Assembly (NCBI GenBank): GCA_016125975.1
Contig: JAEFCZ010000006.1
Location: 4,628 to 68,627, forward strand
DNA: 64,000 nucleotides
Direction: 5' to 3'
Source of the DNA: Nitrosopumilus sp.
Lineage (GTDB): Archaea > Thermoproteota > Nitrososphaeria > Nitrososphaerales > Nitrosopumilaceae
The notes beneath the pieces were generated by a model. The model had not been told where the DNA came from. It made no database searches and worked only from the letters and a program-made list of their open reading frames with translations. A program made the translations under genes and the position numbers. Of this stretch, positions 39,139-47,706 are shown piece after piece (position 1 is the first letter of the stretch; each line of letters starts with the position of its first letter).

Positions 39139-39509
39139 TGGAGGAATTAGTATTGCCACATGTAGTTTTTGACAAAAGAATTAATCTTGAGAATTTTTCA
39201 AACCAATTCTGTATTGTTTTTCAAAAGCAGCCATTTTTGATCAAATTAATGGATGTATTTCTTGATAAAGAAAAAAGGACCGCACTCATTCCAACAGTTG
39301 TAATTGATAAAAAACATCAGCAATTTCTAATTGAACTATCCACAAGAAAAGAAAAGACAACAGTAAGATTGTATCCTGCTACAGATCCAGAAAAAACAAT
39401 TGGTGTTAAAACTGCACTTGGATTAGTGGCAAATAATCTTCTTGAATCTTTCCCTAATCTCAAAATTACTCGAACTAACATAATTGATTTCATTCCTGAA
39501 AGAAAATGA
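39138..39509 (+). CDS. hypothetical protein
   Basis: Translationally coupled on both sides. Confidence 0.7.
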   Translation: MEELVLPHVVFDKRINLENFSNQFCIVFQKQPFLIKLMDVFLDKEKRTALIPTVVIDKKHQQFLIELSTRKEKTTVRLYPATDPEKTIGVKTALGLVANNLLESFPNLKITRTNIIDFIPERK

Positions 39510-39835
39510 GGATTTGGGATATTTCACCTTCAAAATTGTGTCGTAATCATCTGTTGGGAGAACACCGAGAACTTCATGCTATGTGGGTTGTTATTACAGA
39601 AAACAAGAAAGGATATTCATTACATCCTGAAACTTTACGATGGAAAGGTAAACTCAAAGCAATGTATCTTAGACACGAGCAATTAGTTTTTGAAATGACT
39701 AAACGTGGTTATAATCACAAAAGCCCTCTTGACAAGAGAAAAGCAACAGGTAATGAAAAACAATATGATTATGTTGATTCAATAAGGCAACAGATCACTA
39801 TTTTGAAGAAAAAAGACTGTTCATGTAATGTCTAA
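39506..39835 (+). CDS. pyrimidine dimer DNA glycosylase / T4 endonuclease V family
   Basis: MRIW...LCRNHLLGEHRELH and EMTKRGYNH motifs. Confidence 0.8.
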   Translation: MRIWDISPSKLCRNHLLGEHRELHAMWVVITENKKGYSLHPETLRWKGKLKAMYLRHEQLVFEMTKRGYNHKSPLDKRKATGNEKQYDYVDSIRQQITILKKKDCSCNV

Positions 39836-39974
39836 TACCTCTATTTTAAATCCCAAAATGGTAAAGGATCTCATGTGATGTGGAATCTATAAAAATATCT
39901 ACTATTTCTCATAACAGTTCAAGACAATACAAAATTGAATCTAAGGTTATAACTTTGTAATTTGAATACTTTGT

Positions 39975-40444
39975 ATGGTTGATGTAAAGATTACAAACCA
40001 AATACTGGAAAGCATTTTGCAATTGTAGGTGATATTAACAGTATTTTAGCATCAAAAGATGATACTGAGGGAAAATACAGTGTTGTTGAAATTAAAATAT
40101 TTCCAGACGGTGGGCCTATGCCACATATTCAAACTCGAGAACATGAGGGGTTCTACGTTTTAGAAGGTGAAGTGTCATTTACTGTAGATCAAAAAGAGAT
40201 AATTGCACCACAGGGAACTTTTCTTAATATTCCTCCAAATGTAATCCATAGTTTCAAGAATAACACAAACCAATTGGCAAAAATATTGGTGATTTTAGCT
40301 CCAGGAGGTTTAGAAAACTTGTTTGTTGAAGTAGGTGACAGGGTATCTGATCCAACCATTCCTCCTCCTCCGATGTCTGAAGAAAAGATGAAAAAATTTG
40401 TTGATATAATGTCTGATTATGGAGTAGAAATTAAACATCATTAA
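39975..40444 (+). pseudogene. cupin (quercetinase-like) gene with a 1-nt frameshift near 39997
   Basis: ATG 39975 MVDVKIT is out of frame by -1 with KPNTGKHFAIVGD...PHIQTREHEGFYVLEG...IHSF. Confidence 0.7.
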
Positions 40445-40481
40445 TGTTCTGCGTCCATTTTCATCCCCAAAATGGTGGCTG

Positions 40482-40500
40482 AATCCCCGTGGGCCCATAC
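40482..40500 (+). repeat. att core copy 3 (attR) AATCCCCGTGGGCCCATAC
   Basis: 19 nt identical to the tRNA-Val 3' end plus 3 downstream nt. Confidence 0.95.
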
Positions 40501-40537
40501 TTTTCAAAATCTTATTAATGATAATTGATATTAGTAT

Positions 40538-40798
40538 GTGGTTCATTTGGCAAAAAGAAAAATTCGAACTGGCAGAGGTACAAGAATAATTGAAGTCGAT
40601 GACAACGATTCAGCTTGGGCAGGAAATGATTTCAAAAAACTCCAAGAAGAAAGAAAAAAAGCATTTGCAGACAAGTATATCACAGTAGGTCGTGGAACTG
40701 GTAAGATCAAGTTTGGTGATATAGCAAGTACACCAATTAAATCTACTAAAGGAATGTGGGTCAGTTCAGGCCGAGGTACTGGAAAAAGAAAACTCTGA
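40538..40798 (+). CDS. small basic protein with three GRGT repeats
   Basis: TGRGTR, VGRGTG and SGRGTG repeats. Confidence 0.7.
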   Translation: MVHLAKRKIRTGRGTRIIEVDDNDSAWAGNDFKKLQEERKKAFADKYITVGRGTGKIKFGDIASTPIKSTKGMWVSSGRGTGKRKL

Positions 40799-40894
40799 TA
40801 GTCGATACCAACCAATCAATGAATGTACATTTCCTAGGTAATTTTGTAGATTATTTTAAAATAAAAAATTAATTAAAAAAATTTTGATTGTCAG

Positions 40895-41242
40895 TTACTT
40901 AAAAGAACGTACTTTTCTGACAACTTTGTTATGATCTAGAGAAGCAGTGGTAGTGATATACAGAATATGATTTTTTCCTGCAGGAATAACTAGTCTCTTG
41001 ACTTTGTCATATTCTGCAACAACATATTTGCATGGCCCTAGAGTTCTCATCAGTTTTTTTCGTTGTTTCCAATCTTTTGCAGCAGCCTTTAGTGATGCCA
41101 TACTTTGTTTCTTTGACACCAAAAGATTCACCTTCTTAGAACGTGCTGAGAATAGTAAATTGCCTTTGAGATCACAGACACTTACTACTCTTACAGAAGG
41201 ACTGACTTTCAAAATTTTTTCAACAGCGTCCTGAATTTCCAT
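40895..41242 (-). CDS. roadblock/DUF6659-like protein
   Basis: VRVVSVCDLKG...AEYDKVKRLVIP pattern. Confidence 0.7.
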   Translation of the reverse strand: MEIQDAVEKILKVSPSVRVVSVCDLKGNLLFSARSKKVNLLVSKKQSMASLKAAAKDWKQRKKLMRTLGPCKYVVAEYDKVKRLVIPAGKNHILYITTTASLDHNKVVRKVRSFK

Positions 41243-41373
41243 AATTGTAAGAAATCTTTCTAGATGATAAGATTTTCTAAAATCCTTTAAAATAATAAAT
41301 TTGGTTATTCTTTTAAAAAATAGAGCCTATATTGATTTTTTTACTTTAATAATTCATATTCTATAGAACAATA

Positions 41374-41742
41374 TTGGATTACGAAAAATTTTGCTCACAG
41401 ATTTTAGATGCTGATCCCAAAATCCGATTTGCTACTGTTTATGATGAATGGGCAGTTCGTGTAGGCGGTGGTATGAAACCAGGAGTAAAAAACTTACTCT
41501 CTGATCATGCAGAAAAAGAATTAGTAAATCTTTCAATTCTGGATTGGAAAGCACGTAAAGACATGTCAAAATGGCTTGGAAAAACTATCTACACACTTGG
41601 TGAATATGATAAGGTTAAACGATTCTCATTTTATCTTGGTGATGATCACTTACTTCTTGTAAGTTCTGAAAAAGATCATGATACTAATACTGTAGTTGAC
41701 GAAGTCATTCGATTATATTATGAAAATCAAGATAAAAACTGA
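41374..41742 (+). CDS. DUF6659-like protein
   Basis: YEKFC..IL..DPKIRFA...GG...EYDKVKRFSF pattern. Confidence 0.75.
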   Translation: MDYEKFCSQILDADPKIRFATVYDEWAVRVGGGMKPGVKNLLSDHAEKELVNLSILDWKARKDMSKWLGKTIYTLGEYDKVKRFSFYLGDDHLLLVSSEKDHDTNTVVDEVIRLYYENQDKN

Positions 41743-41743
41743 T

Positions 41744-42259
41744 TCATCCTATTTTACAACAGCTTTTACTTTGTAGCCCTCTTACTATCCAATAAATTGA
41801 AAAAATCAACACCGCTACTGATACAAATTTCAATTCTAATCCTTGCATTGGAAATAATGATAATCCTCCAATTGCACCTAAAATTACTGCTAGTGGGGCA
41901 GTACATGCAGGACACCCTGGAGTAAATGCAGCAAATACTCCTCCTAAAACCGCAGATGAATTTGATTTCACAGAATTCATCATCTTTACTCTTTTCATTT
42001 TAAATGCCATAATTGCAAAATTGATTCCAGCTAATGCTGATATTACAACTGTTAATCCTATTGATGTTGCAATGTATGATGGTGATAATTCTATTGCTAC
42101 ATCAAAATGAGTAGGAAGCATTGACATTGTTAAAAAATAATAGATTATTCCCAATCCTATACCGCTAATTATTGCAATTGTAGCATATTTTCTCATATTT
42201 AGTACATTTTGTATTAATTGTAATTTGCTTACCAAACAAGTTAGTTTGTAATTCATCAT
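41744..42259 (-). CDS. membrane protein with GCPAC and C-terminal CC (candidate metal transporter)
   Basis: Four TM helices with GCPACTAP; start could be ATG 42196. Confidence 0.7.
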   Translation of the reverse strand: MMNYKLTCLVSKLQLIQNVLNMRKYATIAIISGIGLGIIYYFLTMSMLPTHFDVAIELSPSYIATSIGLTVVISALAGINFAIMAFKMKRVKMMNSVKSNSSAVLGGVFAAFTPGCPACTAPLAVILGAIGGLSLFPMQGLELKFVSVAVLIFSIYWIVRGLQSKSCCKIG

Positions 42260-42316
42260 ATTTTAACTATATTTCAATAATCAAAGATTTTTAGCCTAAA
42301 ACCTCTTGAAACTATC

Positions 42317-42568
42317 ATGACCGAATTTTCTTCTGAAGAAAAAACAATTTTGGTTCAATATGGGATTAAAAAATATGAAGATGAATCGACTGTTCTTGAA
42401 AAATTGAAAACAATACTTTCAGAAAAGGACATTCAAAGAAATATTGACACTCTAATTGGTACTCAAAGAGTCAGACGTATAGGGCCTGAAATTCTTCAAA
42501 ACAATGAAAGCCATACTGAATTACCTGAATTACCAGACAATCTTAAACCAATAATTGATAATTTGTAA
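42317..42568 (+). CDS. hypothetical protein
   Basis: Clean ORF. Confidence 0.65.
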   Translation: MTEFSSEEKTILVQYGIKKYEDESTVLEKLKTILSEKDIQRNIDTLIGTQRVRRIGPEILQNNESHTELPELPDNLKPIIDNL

Positions 42569-42606
42569 AGTAAAAATCTTAAATTGAACTCTGACTAGAC
42601 TCTGAC

Positions 42607-43059
42607 ATGAATTATGCTATTTTATTTTCAGGTATTTTTGTAATGACAATACTTTTTTCCTTTTCTGCAGATTCTGTATCTGCACATCCTCACTCTGGAC
42701 AAATAATGATTAATGGTCATACTCATGAAACACAAACAGAAATTATTCCATTAGGTGGGATAATAGGACTTGAAAAATCAACAATTGTTTTTCATGCATC
42801 TGAAGATAACACTTTGCCATGGGGATTTGTAGAAGGAAAAATAGCAAATCATGTTGAAGGGTATCCTGTAATAATTCAGATTTTTCAAAATAATGATGCC
42901 GTTCACTTTGCTCAAACTGATGTAAAAGAAGATGGAAAATATGAGTACAAATTCAGAGTTTTGCATTCTGAAAATGGAAATACAAAGAAGATCTTTGATG
43001 GAGATTATTCAGTGAACATATTCAAGGTAGTTTATCTAAATCAAGAAAATTTTGTTTAA
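42607..43059 (+). CDS. hypothetical secreted protein, His-rich N-terminus
   Basis: Signal peptide followed by AHPH...HTH. Confidence 0.7.
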   Translation: MNYAILFSGIFVMTILFSFSADSVSAHPHSGQIMINGHTHETQTEIIPLGGIIGLEKSTIVFHASEDNTLPWGFVEGKIANHVEGYPVIIQIFQNNDAVHFAQTDVKEDGKYEYKFRVLHSENGNTKKIFDGDYSVNIFKVVYLNQENFV

Positions 43060-43937
43060 AATCCTCTCAAGCCCTGAGGACGCATAATTTCTGGATGTTG
43101 TCTCATCCATTCTATCTTATCTAGCATATCTTGTTTGTCTTGAGGAAAAGTTCCTTTGATAGTATATGCGTTTGAGCCATGATTTGCTCTAAACACAATC
43201 TCCTCTTTAGTATCAATTTGTTTGATTAAACTTTGTAATTCTTCTAATGATTCATCATCATCAATTCTAACAAATTCTCCTTCATATTTTTCAATAAATT
43301 CCTGTTTGATTCCATTTTCTAAATAAAGAGTCAAAGCACCTACATAATTTGGAGAACAAGCACTAATCACTTCAGCAGTCCCTCTGATGTGTTCTTTAGA
43401 ATATTTTCTACCACCTAAACCTAAAATTACCATACATGACATAACATAGCCAGCTTCTTTTGCCTTGTTAACTGATTTTATGATAGTTTTTCCAATTGCT
43501 CCTTTTGTTACTTTTTTTAGAACAATGTCTGATCCGCTTTCAATTCCTAAATAAAACATGTCAAGACCAGCTTCATTCATCTTTTTTAATTCTTCAGATG
43601 TTTTCTTTAGAATATTCATTGGCATTGCATAACAAGAAATTCTTTCAATTTTTGAAAATTTTTCTCTAATGTACTTTACAATTTTTATCATATATTCTGA
43701 ATCAAGATTTAATGCATCTCCATCAGCAAGGAAAACTCTTTTAGTTTCAGGCAAATATTTTGCCATCATATCAATTTCTAATTTTACTTCATCCCACGGT
43801 CTTTCAGAATACTCTTTTGATCTATACATATCACAAAAAGAACATTCGTTAAATGAACATCCTAATGTAACTTGAAAAATTAATGATCTTGCTTCTGAAG
43901 GAGGTCTATACAGAGGTGCATCATAATTTAACATCAT
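43056..43937 (-). CDS. radical SAM protein
   Basis: YRPPSE, CSFNECSFC (CxxxCxxC), FLADGD and GIESG motifs. Confidence 0.92.
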   Translation of the reverse strand: MMLNYDAPLYRPPSEARSLIFQVTLGCSFNECSFCDMYRSKEYSERPWDEVKLEIDMMAKYLPETKRVFLADGDALNLDSEYMIKIVKYIREKFSKIERISCYAMPMNILKKTSEELKKMNEAGLDMFYLGIESGSDIVLKKVTKGAIGKTIIKSVNKAKEAGYVMSCMVILGLGGRKYSKEHIRGTAEVISACSPNYVGALTLYLENGIKQEFIEKYEGEFVRIDDDESLEELQSLIKQIDTKEEIVFRANHGSNAYTIKGTFPQDKQDMLDKIEWMRQHPEIMRPQGLRGF

Positions 43938-44036
43938 TTTTGTTTCAGCTTTTTTTGGCTGATTATGTTTTTTATACTTTCATTATCAATGCACAAAATA
44001 CCTTTTAGTGGTAGGCGAGAAGAATCTGCATTAATT

Positions 44037-44339
44037 ATGGCAAATGATCCTGATGCAAAAAGACTACTCTGGTTCATTTTCGCTGGTTCTAGAGGTGGAC
44101 TAAACAGATTAAAAATTGTTTCAAAATTAAAAGAAAATCCATTAAACACTAACCAATTAGCAAACGAATTAGGTCTTGATTACAAAGCAATTCAACATCA
44201 CATCAAAGTGCTTGAAAAAAATAATTTGATAACTAAAGCAGGTGAAAAATACGGTATTATGTTTTTCATCTCTACTTTTCTTGAAGTAAATATGGAGACA
44301 TTTAATGAAATTGAAGGAAAATTGGATAAAAGTAAATAA
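44037..44339 (+). CDS. winged-helix (ArsR-like) transcription regulator
   Basis: GSRGG.NR..I...L...PLNTNQLA..LGLDYKAIQHH...L. Confidence 0.88.
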   Translation: MANDPDAKRLLWFIFAGSRGGLNRLKIVSKLKENPLNTNQLANELGLDYKAIQHHIKVLEKNNLITKAGEKYGIMFFISTFLEVNMETFNEIEGKLDKSK

Positions 44340-44364
44340 AAGCTCAAGAGGTGTTTGTCTCTAA

Positions 44365-44649
44365 ATGGAACCCACATCTTTGATTTTGTCAATTGTGTCA
44401 ATTATCAATATGGGGATATTGGGAATTTTGATTGCCATATTTGGAAATATGTATGGAAAAACAAGAGCGCAACTTCCACTTGGAATGATTGTTGTATCTG
44501 CTATGCTATTCTTACATAATGTAGTTGGTGCCATGGCTTATTTTTCAATGGAACATATTTTCTCTAATGAAATATTTCCATACATGTTAGGTGTTGGTGT
44601 TGCTGAGTTAGTGGGATTGATAATATTCTTAAAAATCACTTTAGATTAA
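44365..44649 (+). CDS. small membrane protein
   Basis: Three TM helices. Confidence 0.7.
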   Translation: MEPTSLILSIVSIINMGILGILIAIFGNMYGKTRAQLPLGMIVVSAMLFLHNVVGAMAYFSMEHIFSNEIFPYMLGVGVAELVGLIIFLKITLD

Positions 44650-44684
44650 TCTTAATTTAATTGTAACAAAACTAATCAAAACAT

Positions 44685-45128
44685 GTGTTACAAGAATATC
44701 TGAAACTTAACAAAAATATTCTAATCGCACTTGCTGCATCAATTACAATCTCGGCAGTTATTGCACAAATTTTATCTGATCAGGCTGACTATCTTAACAC
44801 TACATATACCACAATTGCTGATTATGTCATTTACTTTTCTGTATTTAGTGGATTATTCTATCTTGATAATCGTAGAAAATATCGTCTAGAATCTAGAAAA
44901 ACTGATACAAAAAAACTAAAACATGATCTTAAAAAATTAGTTACTTCTCTTGGTATTGGAGAAATTGTTTATACTATAGTTCGATGGGGATTACAATATT
45001 ATTTCCTTGTATTAAACTATGATCCATACTTGGCATCAATTGTATCACAAGGATTATCTACAATAATTTACATGATAGTAGTAAATCTAAGTGTAAAGAT
45101 AACGAGGTTGTATAAAGATGGGAATTAG
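44685..45128 (+). CDS. hypothetical membrane protein
   Basis: Three to four TM helices. Confidence 0.7.
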   Translation: MLQEYLKLNKNILIALAASITISAVIAQILSDQADYLNTTYTTIADYVIYFSVFSGLFYLDNRRKYRLESRKTDTKKLKHDLKKLVTSLGIGEIVYTIVRWGLQYYFLVLNYDPYLASIVSQGLSTIIYMIVVNLSVKITRLYKDGN

Positions 45129-45474
45129 TGTTTACGTTGATGGTTCAGGAGGTGTTAATGGTGGATATGGTTTTTTTGTAAAAGAAACAGGAGAATCATT
45201 TTATGAGAAAAAACCTGAAATAACAAATAATCAGGCTGAATATTTGGCAATAATTTCTGCATTAAACAAATTCGTTGATTCAAATGATGAAATCACAATT
45301 TATAGTGATTCAAAAAATACTGTCAACCAACTTAATCATGAATTTGCAATAAATAATGAACAATTACGTAACTTGGCAAGAGAAGCTTGGAGTATAATTG
45401 GAAAATTTTCTAATTTGTCAATTATCTGGGTACCTAGAAAAGAGAATTTAGCAGGAAAGATGCTGGGAAGCTAA
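45118..45474 (+). CDS. rnhA: ribonuclease HI
   Basis: YVDGSG, TNNQAEY, SDS and WVPRKEN motifs. Confidence 0.88.
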   Translation: MGISVYVDGSGGVNGGYGFFVKETGESFYEKKPEITNNQAEYLAIISALNKFVDSNDEITIYSDSKNTVNQLNHEFAINNEQLRNLAREAWSIIGKFSNLSIIWVPRKENLAGKMLGS

Positions 45475-45537
45475 ATTCTAGAGATCAGAAATTTCTATGA
45501 ATAACTTTATTATACAAAATATTTTGATCAACGTTAC

Positions 45538-47634
45538 ATGACAGAATCTGTCGTTTTATCTCCAAAATCAATTGCAGTAATCGGTGCATCTGACAAAAGA
45601 GGAAGTGTAGGTGCTACTATCACTTCAAACATTATGAACGGCTTTAAAGGAACAGTTTATCCCATTAGTCCTTCCAGAGAAACCGTATTTTACAAAAAAG
45701 CATACAAGAGTGTTTTAGATGTTCCAAAATCAATTGATCTTGCAGTAATTGTTATCAAAAATACATTGGTTGCACCTGTGTTAGAAGAATGTGGTAAGAA
45801 AAAAATCAAAGGAGTAATTATAATCACAGCTGGCTTCAAAGAAGTCGATGAAGAAGGGGCAAAACGTGAACAACAAATCAAAGATATTGCTAAAAAATAC
45901 AAAATCCAAGTAATTGGGCCCAATTGTCTTGGTGTCATGAATCTTGATCCAAAGACAATGATGAATTCTACTTTTCTTAAAGTTACACCAAAATCTGGAA
46001 AAATTGCACTTGTATCCCAAAGTGGAGCAATTTGTGCTGCATTAGTTGAAGATGCTAGTGCACAAGGAATTGGTTTTTCTGCAGTTGTAAGTCTTGGAAA
46101 CAAAGCTGCAATGAGTGAAGTTGATGTTCTAAAAATCCTTGCAAATCATAAACAAACTAAGGTCATCGTCATGTATCTTGAAGATATGGGTGATGGACAA
46201 GAATTCCTTAAAGTTTGTAAAAATATTACTAAAAAACTCAAAAAACCAGTACTTATTCTTAAATCAGGACGTAGTCCTGAGGGTGCAAAGGCTGCAATGT
46301 CTCATACTGGAGCTTTGATGGGTTCTGATGAAATCTATGATGCTCTCTTAAAACAATCTGGTGCAATCCGAGTTGATACAATGGAAGAGCTATTTGACTA
46401 TGCAACAGCATTCTCAAAACAACCTCTTCCTACAGCTGGTGGTTTAGTTATTGTATCAAATGCAGGTGGACCTGCAATTATTTCCACTGATGCTTGTTCT
46501 AAAGCAGGAATCAGGATGGCTAAAATTGATAGTATTCGTCCAAAGATTGATGAAGTAATTCCTCTTTGGGGAAGTTCTAGAAATCCTGTTGATATTGTAG
46601 GTGATGCAGATTTTAATAGATTCCATAATGTTTTGGATCGTGTTCTCAAACATCCAAAAGTTGGTTCTGTTATCTCAATGTGTACTCCTTCTGGAACACT
46701 AGATTATGATAAACTTGCAGAAGTTATTGTTAGTATGTCAAAGAAATACAAAAAAACAATGCTTGCAAGTTTGATGGGATTAGATGAAGGTATTACAAAT
46801 AGAGAAATTTTATCCAAGGGAGATGTTCCTTATTACACATATGCTGAAGGAGCAATTAGAACTTTAGCTGCAATGATAAAGTTTGCAATTTGGGTAAACA
46901 CCAAAGAAGGAAAAATTACAAAATTCAAAGTAAACAAAGCTAAAGCCAAAAAAATATTTGATAAAGTCAAAAAAGAGAAAAGACCAAATCTCCTAGAAGA
47001 AGAAGGACAAGAAGTTCTAAAAGCGTATGGTCTACCTCTTCCTAAAAGTGCACTTGCTAAAAATGAGGCTGAAGCAGTAAAGATTGCAAAGAAGATTGGC
47101 TATCCTGTTGTAATGAAGATTGCATCTCCACAAATTGTTCACAAATCTGATGCAGGTGGTGTTAAAGTTAACTTGACAAATGATGCAGAAATTAAAGATG
47201 CTTTCAAAACTATAGTTAAGAATGCAAAAAAATACAACAAGAAAGCCGAAATCAAAGGCGTTTTGATTGTAGAGATGGTTAAAGGCGGGAAAGAATTGAT
47301 TATTGGTTCAAAACTAGAACCTGGATTTGGTCCTGTAATCATGCTTGGTATGGGTGGTATCTATGTTGAAGTTCTCAAAGATGTTACCTTCAAACTGGCT
47401 CCAGTAACTAACAAGGAAGCTGATGACATGATTGCATCCATTAAGACTCAAAAACTCCTTCAAGGTGTTAGAGGTGAAAAACCATCAGATATTACAAAAC
47501 TCTCTGAATGTATTCAGAGACTATCACAACTAGTTTCTGACTTCAAAGAGATCAAGGAATTAGATATGAACCCTGTTCTTGTGATGGAAAAAGGAAAGGG
47601 ATGTAGAATCCTAGATGTCAGAATAGGCCTCTGA
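45538..47634 (+). CDS. ADP-forming acyl-CoA ligase, probably 4-hydroxybutyrate-CoA ligase of the 3HP/4HB cycle
   Basis: GPNCLG, SQSG, SHTG and ATP-grasp HKSDAGGV motifs; adjacent to the 4-hydroxybutyryl-CoA dehydratase gene. Confidence 0.88.
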   Translation: MTESVVLSPKSIAVIGASDKRGSVGATITSNIMNGFKGTVYPISPSRETVFYKKAYKSVLDVPKSIDLAVIVIKNTLVAPVLEECGKKKIKGVIIITAGFKEVDEEGAKREQQIKDIAKKYKIQVIGPNCLGVMNLDPKTMMNSTFLKVTPKSGKIALVSQSGAICAALVEDASAQGIGFSAVVSLGNKAAMSEVDVLKILANHKQTKVIVMYLEDMGDGQEFLKVCKNITKKLKKPVLILKSGRSPEGAKAAMSHTGALMGSDEIYDALLKQSGAIRVDTMEELFDYATAFSKQPLPTAGGLVIVSNAGGPAIISTDACSKAGIRMAKIDSIRPKIDEVIPLWGSSRNPVDIVGDADFNRFHNVLDRVLKHPKVGSVISMCTPSGTLDYDKLAEVIVSMSKKYKKTMLASLMGLDEGITNREILSKGDVPYYTYAEGAIRTLAAMIKFAIWVNTKEGKITKFKVNKAKAKKIFDKVKKEKRPNLLEEEGQEVLKAYGLPLPKSALAKNEAEAVKIAKKIGYPVVMKIASPQIVHKSDAGGVKVNLTNDAEIKDAFKTIVKNAKKYNKKAEIKGVLIVEMVKGGKELIIGSKLEPGFGPVIMLGMGGIYVEVLKDVTFKLAPVTNKEADDMIASIKTQKLLQGVRGEKPSDITKLSECIQRLSQLVSDFKEIKELDMNPVLVMEKGKGCRILDVRIGL

Positions 47635-47706
47635 TCGCAATTTATTCCTAAATTTACGCTCATCTAAATCTAGAATATTTATACAACATGGAAATGATAT
47701 TGTTAC

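Larger units (their letters stand above)
26925..40500. mobile_element. integrated plasmid-like element 2 (~13.6 kb)
   Basis: Bounded by att copies 2 and 3; integrase, HUH Rep, defence-like genes, TFB and regulatory cargo. Confidence 0.88.

Noticed and set aside
25634-40500. Provirus or CRISPR array interpretation of the repeats
   Set aside because: There are only three tRNA-derived repeats at kb spacing, with no spacers or cas genes, and no capsid, packaging ATPase or terminase motifs.
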